This document shows, piece after piece, positions 10,488 to 23,300 of a stretch of DNA of 42,263 nucleotides. The number at the start of each line of letters is the position of its first letter. The stretch's first letter is position 1. The notes beneath the pieces were generated by a model. That model was not told the DNA's origin, ran no database searches, and worked only from the letters and a program-made list of their open reading frames with translations. The DNA is from Paraphysomonas bandaiensis (Eukaryota > Protista > Chrysophyceae), in NCBI GenBank assembly GCA_965644295.1, contig CBFFRP010000225.1, positions 1 through 42,263 on the forward strand, given 5' to 3'. The translations under genes were made by a program, and so were the position numbers.

Positions 10488-12285
10488 TCATGCGAATAAA
10501 CTATTGACAGCATTACCAATACTCCACCATAAGGAACTGAATGCAGTGGGACCATATATAAAATGTGTACAATCTATAAATCTAGCATGCTCATGAAACT
10601 CTACTCTCATGTCATACAACGCAAAAGAATCGTCAAAAAATGGAATCCACCCTATATATTCTTTCCACGACTTATCCGCTTTATCCAATTGACTCATTAG
10701 CTGACTATTACGCCAGTTTGACTCATGAGGATCTTGCGTGGGGAAACTGCAACAAAATGAATCCGGATGGGCTGATCTGTTCGCCATGTCCCACTGATAT
10801 GATCCGTCTGTAAGTAAAAAAAAACATATTCAGAAGTAGGACAAATATAGCACACGATATGAAAGAACATCAAAAATGCACCACAGTACGTAATGACGAA
10901 CTATAGTACCCACGATGTAACAGACCTGGTGTGGCACTGAATGCCTGTCCTGATGTTTCCCTGTACAACACAGTGACACTCTTGTTTCTTTGTGAATTCG
11001 CAAACCACACAAGCGCTTTCGCCATTCCTGGTAAGACCCACGATCGATGTTTAGACCGAATATGCAAACCGTAATTGAAAACAATATATGTGTGTTGGCG
11101 AGCGTCGGGATCTAAAGAAGAAAGAGTGTCGGTGGTGTAGTTATGCAATAACTCAGTGATATAGTTGTATGACAGTAACTCACTACCAGATGAGTCGTCA
11201 CACAAATCATGTGTGGTATGGATGCATGGAAGATTGAACTGTTGATTCAAAACACGGAATGTATTGTCTCCAATCGAACCAGGAGACAGCCCGGAAGGAA
11301 TGACAAACTCAGAGATCGTTGGCAAGAAAGATCGTACGATAAGATTCTCTGGAGACGGTGACTTCACACCCGCACGAATAAGATCACATATGAAAAACTG
11401 CGCCAGCTGAGCGGTGACAGAGTCTCCAAGAAAAACAACGTTTGTGATAGTTCGGTCAGTACTATTACCTACTGTGTTACGATTTATACGGGTGAGCAGA
11501 CGAGCGAGGTCCAGAGAAGAATCCGCTGATTCCACCGGAAGATCTACAGCAGCAAGAGTGGACACATATCGTTAGCAAAAGTGGACACATATTCGAAGGG
11601 GGAAAAGAATACAACGCATTGTACACGATAGTATAGTATCACCTAAAGTACCTGACCAAATCGATCTCAGTCCTTCGCGGTCACGTGATCCTCGGATCAC
11701 GCACTGAGGAACTCTTCTTCTCTCTGCACTGGCCCAATAATTATACTTGATATATCCCACATCACACTGGGGAAGTGATCGCAAAGTATCGGTCATTGTA
11801 GTGCCTGTATGAGCACCTCGCTGTGACGCTTCCTGCAATCTTTGTCGCTTGTCAGTGAGCCCAACATTTCTCGACTTACGGCGCACTTTATGCTTGCATA
11901 GTTCGGACACCGATATGGCATGAACCTTAGAAACAGCAGTGTTGATAATACATAGTTCTTCGTCGGTGTATTTCGTAGATAGCAAACGGAGAGAACTTAT
12001 TTTCCGATTAAAAGTGGTGTTCAATGTCCATCGTGTCATCTCGCGAGTATACTTGTTAGGGGCGAGTGGTTCCTGGTTATCAGTTTTCGATGCATGTTGT
12101 TTTCTTTTCTTGATGCCTTCAACAGCTTTTTCCATCACTGACTGAGAAGGAAATCTGCTTTTGAGGGTCTTCGATTTACGGCTATCCATTTTAGAATTCT
12201 GATTCGAAGTGCTGAACACCCATATAGATGATGTGGCATATAAGGCTGCCAGACCTACAAGGCAAAAAAATAATCGAGATAACAT
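10488..12285 (-). CDS. Intron-containing SGNH-type PC-esterase / trichome-birefringence-like (GDS...DxxH) O-acyltransferase or esterase with an N-terminal signal or anchor
   Basis: Hydrophobic N-terminus MLSRLFFCLVGLAALY; VFLGDSV, FNYGLH, YRETSGQ and DCTHF across three consecutive minus-strand ORFs; probable introns near 11545-11652 and 10810-10925. Confidence 0.75.
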
Positions 12286-12800
12286 ATCCTGCTAAAGGAG
12301 TTGCGAAAATGGGAATTGTACCATACACAACAGAAAACAACAAGTCTTGAACATGAACTTGTGTTTAATTATTTGCAGCGATATTGATCACTATACAATT
12401 GACAGGTTCAACTGCATCTAATAGTGAATGCCATTTTCATCATTTCAATGAAATTTGTTGTTAAAAATTTACACACATGAGAGTGTAAGAAGTTGCTTTC
12501 TGCTAAAAAATCAGTCATTTTATGTGTTGAGATTTCGATGTCTAAAAAAACAAGAAAGTGCACCATTACACAGTTTTCCTACATAAAATAATACAACGGT
12601 ATACAGGTATACCTTGTATAAAGTCATCACAAAATTAATTGTGCTCATGTTGTTACCCACATCTCAGCACTCCGATTACTATACCTCAAAATATATTTTC
12701 GCCAAGAATGAGCTGCTGATACGTAAAATTTTGTGATAACAAATATAAAAATGCATGATTTCCATATGCAGTAAGATTGAAACCAATCCTTATTATAATA

Positions 12801-15256
12801 ATGGACGACAGCGTGAAAAAGAAAAGAGAAAACCCTTTTCCTCAGACTGCTCCAGGAACTGAAGCTGCCATCGGGCACGTGTTAGACAACAGCATTCCTC
12901 TATCTATATTCCCTATATGTAGCGACAAACTGTGTATATGCGTCTGTGGTCTACCTGCCCGCGGAAAGACTCACATAGCGCGTAGAATTGCTCGGTATTT
13001 GGAGTTTTTTCACGCCGTACCTGTGTCTGTGTTCGATGTAGCTGAATATCGTCGTAAATTAGGTTTTCAACGAATTCCAGATTTACGTTCAGTTGAAGAC
13101 CAGGAGACAAGCAAAAAATGCTACGATAATGCACTCTGTGATCTGGAGGAGTTTTTGCGGGCCCACGACAACGGAGTGGGTATATACGACGCGTCTTCCA
13201 TTACACATGCAATCAGACACAGGATTAAGTGCAAGGTACTATTCAATTGATTTCTAAATTGATGCTATGCGCGTTTTAATCTTTTTTATATCTACAAGGT
13301 TCAATCAATTGGATGCAAACTGATGTTCATTCAAGTTGAGAATGATGATCCCAAGTTTCTCAGTGATCAGTACAAGCTGACAGCTGTTTCGTCACCTGAT
13401 TACGCAGATATAAATGGCAGTCCTGAAGCTGTACGTAAAATGTGCTCGTATGTTAGTTCTATTCCTCATTTATGGTCGGGAGCATACCTGCGAAAATGTT
13501 TTATGGTATGTATTGCAGGAAGAGGACTACCGATTACGCGTTCAATCCTACGAAGCCCACTATGAGCGTCTCTGTGATTGTCATTCGATTGAATCAAAGT
13601 GGAGCTTTCTAATATGTGATCACAGCAAGCAACATTATGTGGTCCACAACGTTCGCGGGCATTTACCACTCAAGGTTGTGAACTTTGTCATTAATTTAAG
13701 GACTACGTCACACGCTTTCTATCTGTCAAGGTATAGCGGAAACACGATAGTTTTTTCACTTTTGTTATATCTGTGATTTATTCTATTGTATAGTACATGC
13801 GGATCTCATTGGTAATTATTGATTTTCATAGGCACGGTCAATCTGAGTACAATGTCGAAGGAAGGATCGGGGGAAACAGTGGTCTGTCCGAGCATGGGGT
13901 GAATTATGCTAAGAAATTAGCTAAGTTTGTTGATGAAGAGGTAAGCTAGTAAGGAAGCCGACTTGATGCTCTGCGTCTATATGTACTCCTGCTTCGAAAT
14001 GATGTACTATTTGCTATGTTAAGTGTTTACCTGTACGTTTCAGTTGAAAAGGGATAAAGACGGCAACGTAGTGCCTGCCCGACTCTGGAGTAGCACTATG
14101 CGGCGAACCGTGGAGACCACTCAGTTCATTACGAATGAAACAATTATTGTAAAGTATGGTTGAAACTGTTTTGTGTCGAATAGAATACGTGTAGGTGCAT
14201 CTTCTATCGCATTATCATGCGTATATCATCGGTCACGTGAATATTTTACCTAACGTTCCACGTGTTCGTCACCTTAACTAATGTTAGTACACTTAATGAA
14301 GGGATGAGCACGACGACTCGTTGGAACACGAGTGGGTACAGATGAGGCTTCGGCAGTGGTTTCATTTGGATGAAATATTTGCAGGTGCCTAAGCCGGTAA
14401 ATGTTGTTGACTCATATTTTACATTCGCGACCCCTTTATCATTTTCGAATGTGCAGTATTATATGTATTATATATCACAGGTTTTTCGGTATAGTGGTAT
14501 AGTAGTAACAGTTTTTGTATGAAGGTGCATGCGATGGAATGACTTACGCCGAGATAGAGGAGCAATACCCTGAAGAGTTCGAGCTCAGGAAGCACGATAA
14601 ATTGGCATACCGATATCCCAGGTATATGTGCTTCGATTGGCTAGATGATATCTACTTCAATGCTATCACGTGTTTTTCATATAAATGTATTTGGACACAG
14701 ATAATTAACTTTCTATGTGCTCTCCTATTTGACAAACGCTCGTACAGGGGTGAGAGCTACCTTGATGTGATCGCCCGCTTAGAACCAATAATCATTGAGA
14801 TGGAAAGACACAGGTGAAGTATCTCTATCAATTCAAGTGTTACGCTGTATCCATCCTAGTGCGCACCGCTGGCGACATGAATGCATCATCTTTCATAACA
14901 TGGCAATATACTTTTACAGGGAGCCGCTACTTATAGTGGGACATCAAGGAATCTTGAGAATTATATATGCGTTCTACACAGGACTGAAGAGAGCGGAAGC
15001 TCCATATGTTTCTATTCCACTGAATACTGTAATCAAGCTTGTTCCAACGGCACATGATATCAAAGTAGAGGTGCGAGTCTGAAATGTAGTTCTACATACT
15101 AATAGCCGTCACACAAAGTACTATTTCTTATTATTTTTATAGAGGAAAACATTGTATCGTCCCACTATACACCTTCCAAGTGATGGACAGGATGAAATTC
15201 CAGAGGATCAGAGGCCAATTGATACAAGTGTAAATCTCGATCCCCCGTCCCACTAG
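12801..15256 (+). CDS. PFKFB: 6-phosphofructo-2-kinase/fructose-2,6-bisphosphatase, about 10 exons
   Basis: P-loop CGLPARGKT; phosphatase YLSR|HGQSEYN; RYPR|GESYLDVIARLEP; IVGHQG. Approximate exons 12801-13235, 13299-13430, 13519-13730, 13832-13940, 14044-~14152, ~14301-14384, 14525-14621, 14748-14813, 14920-15070, 15143-15256, with GT-AG borders. Confidence 0.95.
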
Positions 15257-15614
15257 GACTTTGTATACACCCTACGTATCTGCATACTGTATTGAGTGTT
15301 GCTTATTGGTAAGCGATTAATTGCTGCAGTCTAAGTTCTTGCATTATAACCGTTAGCGAAGAATACAGTAGTTAGAGACGGTATTATAAGAATTTTATGA
15401 AATGCTCTGAAATATATTATATAAACTGAAATGCTGATCATAATTTGTTGAGTGGTGATAGTGAAACCAATCAATACTGCAAGTTGCAATGAATGATAAG
15501 AAAAGGCGTTATGTTTTAATTAATTCATAGTGTGCTGATCCTGAGTTCAGATACGCACTAGATCTAAAGGTAATTATATCAAAGTTGATATTTGATCACT
15601 CATCTGGTACAAAC

Positions 15615-17575
15615 CAGGGCTGCGTATCAATTAATTTTTAATTATTGAAATTGCAAAAATTGAAATTGGGACATCAAATTATAATTGACTCCAGCTTGCT
15701 TCAATTACTTGCAATTAATTGATATAAAATACCACCGCTTTATAGTGAAAAGTTGATATATAATTTTTAAAATAAAAATCCAAGATTGATAAAATACTAT
15801 AATATCCATTATTAGGATAATCTCACATAATAATTCATTTAAATAAAAAATAGCGATTGGCGATATGAGCGATAAACTGGTTCCCCGGAAGTTAATGCAC
15901 GAGCGCTCTTTGATTAAAATAAATGATAATAACGGAAAGGTTGCAATGCTTCCAATGTATTTTGGTTTGATTGTTGGTGGGTGACGGGTGGCCGTGCAGC
16001 AAGGAACATTAAAAATTAAAATATATGAAAGTCTGATTATACATGAGTACGGTTGCGTACAGAAACTAGTTTATGTCTATAGACTAGCTAATAACTAGAT
16101 TTGCTATATACTACTAGTGGCGGGCAACCGTCTCGGGACTGCTTGTGCATCGCTGCGAGCACCATGGTGCAACCGTCCCTTGTAGTGAGGTTAGTCGGGG
16201 GGTCTACCTTTGGGCAATGTGTCTGGCGGGCCTGTGCCATGGATTATGTGGGGGGTGGGTGAGGCGAGATGTATATGAGAGTGCAAGTCGGTGGTGGAGA
16301 TGGTGCTGGTTGTTGAGGTGGGATTTCGGCCACAAGTAAGGAGGAGTTGTTTCCGGAGTGGTTGCGCTTGCCTCTGTCGGGTCTGGGCTCTTGCAGAGAG
16401 TGTAGTTCGTGGGGTGGATGTCGCCTGGAGTAGCTGGAGTACTTTTGGTGTCGGGTGGGTATCCTGGGGCTGGCGTTGCTTTGCGTGTGTCGGGACCGGT
16501 GTCGCCGGTGCCGTGTCTACGTTGTGATGTCTGTGTCCCCTATTGCGAAGCATGCGGAGCCCTCCATCATATAGGGGGAGTAGGATAGAGGCGATGGATT
16601 TTTCTAGGGCGTGGAATTGATGTTCGAGCAGTGAGCTGGATATGTGGCGTCCGAATGCGCCGGCCATTTGTGTGGCAGTAATGTGGCCGGTCCAGTAGCG
16701 CTCAACCTGGGGGGTGGTTGGGTTCCATGCGGCTTTGGCTAGTTTGGTTATGGCGGTGTAAAACCAGGGATGGGGGAGCGTGCGTGTGCGAAGTTTGTCA
16801 AGCTTATTGTGGTGCGCTTGGTGGACATCTTCACGTATGTGAATGATGTCAGGGTGAGTGCAGGTGAGAAGCATGTGCGCCATGTTGTCTGTGGGGTATG
16901 CACAGTCTGCGCATGTGGAAGCCGTTGTGCGATCATGTCCGGATTTTCCTTTGGCTCGGTTTCTACCCATTGCAAAGGATTTGTCCCATACGTATGCCGT
17001 CTCGCGTATACGCTCTGCGAGGGGGATGTAGTGTTTGGAGGAGTTATGGGTACGAAGGGGATGGAGCTTGTGTAGGAGCCTTGTTCCGCTGCGTGTCCAA
17101 TACTGCGGGTCTCGTTGCGTTTGTGCAGCATACATGCTATCTCGTCGGAGGGTGTATTGATGGAGGTCCCACTGGTGGTGGAGATCTGTAACGTCTCCTA
17201 GCATAGGACCGAGGTCTGTGAGGAGGTGTGTATCGTATCTACGCCAGTGCCATTGACCCGTGTGGTGAAGAATTCATCCAGTATGTGCGTAGCGTCAGTT
17301 GTGATAAAAAATTAAAATATTTTTTCTCGATAAGGATGAAGAAGATGATATATGACAGTGAGAGCTTAGTTCAGAATGGCGGCGCAGCGCAATGTTAGAT
17401 TGATGGTAGCATGAAGTGAGCACGTCTTAAGCAGTAAACTCGTTACCGCAGCATGAAGCACTTGTATGCCACAACCAATAAGGTTGAAAGGTTGTTCAGT
17501 GGAGCTAAGATTGTTATGATGACTGATATGCGCAAGAGTATTACTTATGTTTTTACGCATTGATACGCAGCCCTG
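15615..17575 (+). mobile_element. Non-autonomous hAT DNA transposon with a nested LINE
   Basis: 17-bp TIR CAGGGCTGCGTATCAAT; 8-bp TSD GTACAAAC (15607-15614 and 17576-17583); remnant of the hAT C-terminal dimerisation motif (MKHLYATTNKVERLFSGAKIV) at ~17452-17540. Confidence 0.93.
16025..17306 (-). mobile_element. 5'-truncated non-LTR retrotransposon (LINE): ORF2 C-terminus with CCHC knuckle plus 3'-UTR
   Basis: ORF 16191-17204 has C-x2-C-x8-H-x4-C (CADCAYPTDNMAHMLLTC) and ends PKGRPPD; 14-bp TSD AAAAATTAAAATAT at 16011-16024 and 17307-17320. Confidence 0.88.
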
Positions 17576-18468
17576 GTACAAACACTTTAACGGCTTTTTA
17601 ATTTCAGGAGGTTCTTCACGTTAATGTGCTCCTTCATCTCCTTACTGACATACATGAGTTACAAGTCCCTCAAAGCTTTTTTGCTGGTCTTCCTCAAGTT
17701 TGGATGGTTTAAGTTTAAGTTCAACAGAACGCTCATATTATGAGGACCGGGAAATATAGAGATTCAATTTTAATATTCGGTTCAACAGAAGCTCACTTTA
17801 TCTTTTACTTAATTTAATTATTATACTGACATTAATTTGCATGTATGTGATTATTTCATTCTAATATATTATTACACAACTATTATAGAGAAACCACAAC
17901 GATGAGACAACTTGCAAAAGCAGATCATCAAACACTCTATATATATAATATGTATTCCATTGCTATAATATTATTATATTGAGCAATTCAAAACTTTACA
18001 TCAAAGTTTTCGAATTATATCCGCTACTTGGATAATATGTTGAGTTTCCTTTTCTGTAAGCAATTAAAGCTGCATTTTAAGGCATTTGAATTATTAGTAT
18101 TTAAATATAGTAGACTAAATTGAAAACTGTAGTACTCATAATAGCTAAAAAATGCTTGTATGTATTTATAAGACATCATAATGTGTCTGCTGTATAACAC
18201 CCGTTGTCGGGATTGTGACTATATATGTATGCAGTATGCAGGACATGGTATATCTTGGATCCTGGGGACTGGGGATGCCTATATATGTATTTTCTGTAGA
18301 ATGTGTAATACGGAGCAACATCTGAATTATTAGCGTCTAATAGTGGGAGGTCATATTACCACGATACACAGCAATATAGTCACTATATATATATATATCA
18401 ATTAATAATTTAAGTAAAATATTTCTAAACGATTCATTAACCACAAAAACTGTAATACTGTTTTCAAC

Positions 18469-19678
18469 CAGGGCTGCGTATCAATTAATTGTCTATTTAT
18501 TGACACAGGTTGTAGTCAATTATAATTGCAATTATTACGTGCTGTTTCAATTTCAATCATTGCAATTAACTGCAATTAATTGCAATTATTTAGTACTAAA
18601 GTACACTATATAGCTGCCAATATAGCCACCTCAACTGTCATTTCATTCCAGAGGCGACGATTCATGCGTAAAAACATAGTTAGCTCTTAAATTTTGAGGA
18701 GCTCTTGAGCAAACCCGTCATAACAGTCGTAGCTCTACTGAACAACCTTTCAACCTTCTTATTGGTTGTGGCATGCAAGTGTTTCATGCTGCAGTAACAA
18801 GTTTGCTGGTTAAGTCTTGCTCGCTTCAGCTGCCTGCTACCATCAAACGTTGCGCTGCGTCGTCATTCGGAACTAGACTCGCACCATCATAATCTTCTTC
18901 CTGATTGAGGAAGAAGAAGATTATTTTTGTAACTTTGCAGTCCGAGTTACGGCTTCGTTGCCACATTGAATCTTCACGATTTTCGAAAGCAGCGTTATGA
19001 ATAATAGCAACACTGTCGCCCAGATTACGCTCAACAATCGGGTGCATTATGAAGGGTTCGTCAAATAATGTACAAACGTCGTAGAATTCAAGCGGGTATT
19101 AACCTTACTTACTTCTGTAATTGTAAGGACACTAGTTGAAACAATTCCTATTCCTCCCGTATTGCACGAGCTTGGCATGCTCCTTTTTACTTGGCATTAG
19201 ACTTAACACGTGGGAACCAAACTCGAATGATCGCATATGATTAGATAGAAGGAAGGAGCGGTCAAACACGGAAAGTGTGGAGCCCCTTTTTCCACAGGAC
19301 AAATCTCTATTGCAGCCTCGTCGTTGTTATTATCATTTACTTTCTCTAATAACACTCGTGCAATCAATGACTTCTGGTGCCAGTTTGTCGCTCATATCGC
19401 TAATTAAGTTAAATGAATTACTATGTGAGATAATCCTATTGATATTATAGTCTTTCACAATCTTCGATTTTTATCCTAAAAATTGGATTTTTTCAATAAA
19501 AACGCCGCTTTTTAACAACTTTTTAGCATTAAAAGTGGTTTTTTTAACATCAATAATTAATTGCGATTAATTCACAATTAATTGAAGCTAGCTGGAGTCA
19601 ATTATAATTGAAATTATGATTAGATGTCCCAATTTCAATAATTGACAACTAATTGCAATTAATTGATACGCAGCCCTG
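18469..19678 (-). mobile_element. Non-autonomous hAT element (1210 bp), same family as 15615-17575, opposite orientation
   Basis: 23-bp TIR CAGGGCTGCGTATCAATTAATTG; 8-bp TSD TTTTCAAC (18461-18468 and 19679-19686); minus-strand remnant ATTNKKVERLFSRA at ~18730-18790; subterminal AATTAATTG repeats. Confidence 0.94.
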
Positions 19679-20312
19679 TTTTCAACTGCAGTATTCGTCA
19701 CAAACAGCTATACAATTCAAAAACTTTAGCTACAACACCTAATCTCTCAACTGTCTGTTAACCTCAACATTGTGAAGAGAATTCGTAGTACTCCTTCAAT
19801 CAATTTGCCTGTGGGCATGGAAGGAAGAATGGACCAGCAATGTGACTCGCGGTGACGTTCAGACATTCCGCATCACGTCATATTTCTCCCTAAAACCCTT
19901 CTACATTCACAAATACATATACGAGTCTTCTGGCATCAGTTCTGAAGGAAATGTACCAACTAATCAATACGATAATGAAAAAAGAGTTAAATAAAGCAGA
20001 ACGGTGAATAGGTTTACTCCCCCTTCCTTCGTTCGTTCTATACTTTTATGTCTTTACGATACATCATAGCTAACGAGGAACGCTTCCTTATCATTGACTA
20101 CAGCTAAGAAGATACTTGGGACACATGACACATGCAATACCAGAATCACGAATAACAAAATGGTCTCACTAACCATTAGTGTCCTTAATCATAGTAAATC
20201 TGGGTGGTGCCTCCCAAAACACATTTTACAGTTGGTGAGAAATCCACACCATCTCACTTTACTACAATGGGTAAAAAGTTATTACACTGGTATACCTAAA
20301 TGATGTCTCACA

Positions 20313-23300
20313 CTAGTACACGGCGTCATCAGAATGACTCCCTAATTGTGGCGGCTCTATATTGGCAGGTCGTTTTTCTACATCTTGGGCAGCTGTTGAG
20401 TCCTTGCTATCTATACTTGAGTGAAAATCACCAAGGGTGAAAACAAAACCCATAGTCATCCTGGTTCTATCCAGAATTCTGGAAAGTAAGCTACGCTGCT
20501 GCATCTTGACAGTTCGCGCCATATCTCGCGTCTCCTCGACCTCCATATCGTGACGGTTATGAATGTCCTTGTTGTCACTGCTGTATTGTTCATTAAGAAC
20601 ACGCTCCATCTCTCGCGCTTCATTCCCTGTCAACTTAACAGCTATTTCACCAGACTCAAATGCAAGTTTCATTTGCTCAGCAATTAGCATGTTCTCTTCG
20701 TCGCAAGCAACACCACCGGTTTGCTGGTAGCGTTTGCTCATGTGGGAGCGAGTATATTCTGTCGCTGCTTTTACTCCCTGTAGACCTCGTCGATACACGA
20801 ACAGCGAATGGGACGAAACTGACGTCTTATTGCTGGTGCGTAAGCGCTTCTCAACAAAACTGGGGTCAACTATGATACTACCCGCCCCAATAGCGTCCAC
20901 AACAATCTCTGTCCCAGCGTGTTTGTATCCTGTTCGTGGAACCCCCGACACAATGTCTCCATCAACCACTGCGAAGAAAGGTTCACAGCAGTTAATTACG
21001 ACTACATTTACGCACCAACTCTAAAGCTGTTAGGAACCCACTTATTCATCTCCATAGCAAAATGAATATTTCCGACTCGAGGTGAGCCGAAATTGTACAT
21101 ACATATCTTGACCTTCTTGATAGGCCCCGAGTACTGGTGGCGCGATATGCCACCTTCCTCAATTCCCTCGTTTCTGGTATGGTCCCTGAAAATGTATGTG
21201 ACATATATATACTACTTAGGAAAAATGACAACCTCTTCGCCTTTTCGGCCTTGAGAAAGGCATTAACACGGGGAATGGTGTGGAGCGCAATGTCTGCTGA
21301 CGCAAGCGTGGCAAGTGCACCCCCTAAAGAGTGGCCCGTGCAGTATACATGGGCAGGATCAGCTACCAACTCCTGTCGCAGCACTGTGTGTATGAACACC
21401 CTCACAGTCAGATATGCCTCCCAAAAACCACTATGGATATGAGTATTGACTGTGTGATGTAACCCCGGTGTATGCGAAGCAGCCAAAGCAAGCATATCTG
21501 TGGTAGCATCTACGGCCATATTCGCTGCCTGAGACACTCCCTTCTGCACCTATACGGACTTCGATAAACAGGGTGGAAAAAAATCAATTGTTCACCTGGA
21601 AAAGAGACCGGCGCACACTACGCCTATTCGCGTCAATATCATCGTCATTCCACGACTCTGAATCAGAGTCTGAGTCAGATTCGTTTTCCATGGTAGACAT
21701 GTGACTGTTCTGCCTAGTGAATATGCGTCCTGATGCTAATACAAGGTACGAAAAAACAATTACACCGAGAGCGTGCATATACATACACCTATGCATATAT
21801 CAACACATCTACAGCAATCACTCACCACCACCTTCGTTGTTAAACGCTTGTTGTACATCCTCTAGTCCGTCCAACGCATCTAAGTCGTCCAGAGTCATGG
21901 AAGCGAGATCAACTGGCCGCCTGCTGTAGTTCAGATTCGCGGACCAATGCTTTTTACTGCAGGTGCCTCTACATACAAGTGCTCTCGCGTTAGACAATCA
22001 GTCGTCATAGTTGCACAGAGCAAACCTAAAAGCTATGACCACTTTAGGCTGTTCCGAGTGCTTGAATATAAAGCAGACAGTATCGTGTTCCGAGTCATAG
22101 GCATGGTTCAGGAGACGGTACCCGTACTTCTCGACTTCTATGACACCGTAGCCACTATCTGTGGGGTAGGATTTCGGGTCATTGTATGACTGGAACGCAA
22201 TCTCCAGCAGTTCCAGTGCGAGATCCACGCAGAACACATTCGGATTAGCCTGAGTAAATCTACTGATGGTCTTTGTCTTGCGTATTGCCCTCTGTCTAGC
22301 CCGGTACACTTGCGGAATCTCCGACTCGTTCACGACATAGGTCGCAGCTAGAGCAGCCACCGCCGCCATGTGTTCGTCTAACATACCCGCCGGAAAGAAG
22401 AAGAAAGCGAGAATCATTGCATATACTGTCAAAAAGAACACTTTCCCAAATAGTAGAGACTGTTGCCTGAAAAGAGTCTGCAACACAATTAAATCACACT
22501 AAATTTACATCATAGCACTCACGTTTATGTTGTCAGTAATGTTCTCCACAGAGGTTTTTGAGGCATCGTCTGAGTAATGGAATATGTAGTATATCGTAAC
22601 AAAATACTGGAATACGTAATACAGTGTAACGAGGGTTGCTTGTAATAAGAAGAATCTAAACCACAACTGCAAGTAACGCGTACTCATGTATGGTAACTTG
22701 GATAGCGAATTCCCGGTATTCCAAAGGGAGTAAAACCACCACGCTGTCCACACCATCAGCAGACACAGAAATGAGAGCGAGAATACTATAAAGGATATCT
22801 TAGTGTTGTAAGACCATTCGGACACGGCAGTCACAGGAGATCTTTCGAGATCATTGGAGACGGATGGGAACTGGAGTGTAGTAACCACCAGATTTGTGGC
22901 GAAGAGCAGTAAACCCATCACAAGCTTGGGGACATAAAATGTATAGTAATTGAACTGTCTACGAAGACCGTCAGCGTATATGAGCCATATAGTGAAGAAA
23001 GATGCTTGTGCGAAGGCATCAATGAAATAAGCGGTATACACGGCGTCAGGAGATGGGCTAGAATGCCAGGTGATAACGCAATAGACAGGGTTCTGAAACA
23101 GTACCAAAGCCATCATGTACCAAAGAAGCCAACGTTGCTCCGGTAGCGCATGTGCAAGGCTCTTATATCGAGCAAGGAGTCCCCTCACATAAACAGCAAT
23201 TGTCAACAGTGTACAGAATACACAGAATTGTAACATTACGCGCGCAGCGAAGTAACTGCTCCTATTAATATTCGCGAATTTGTATTCAACTTCACTACTA

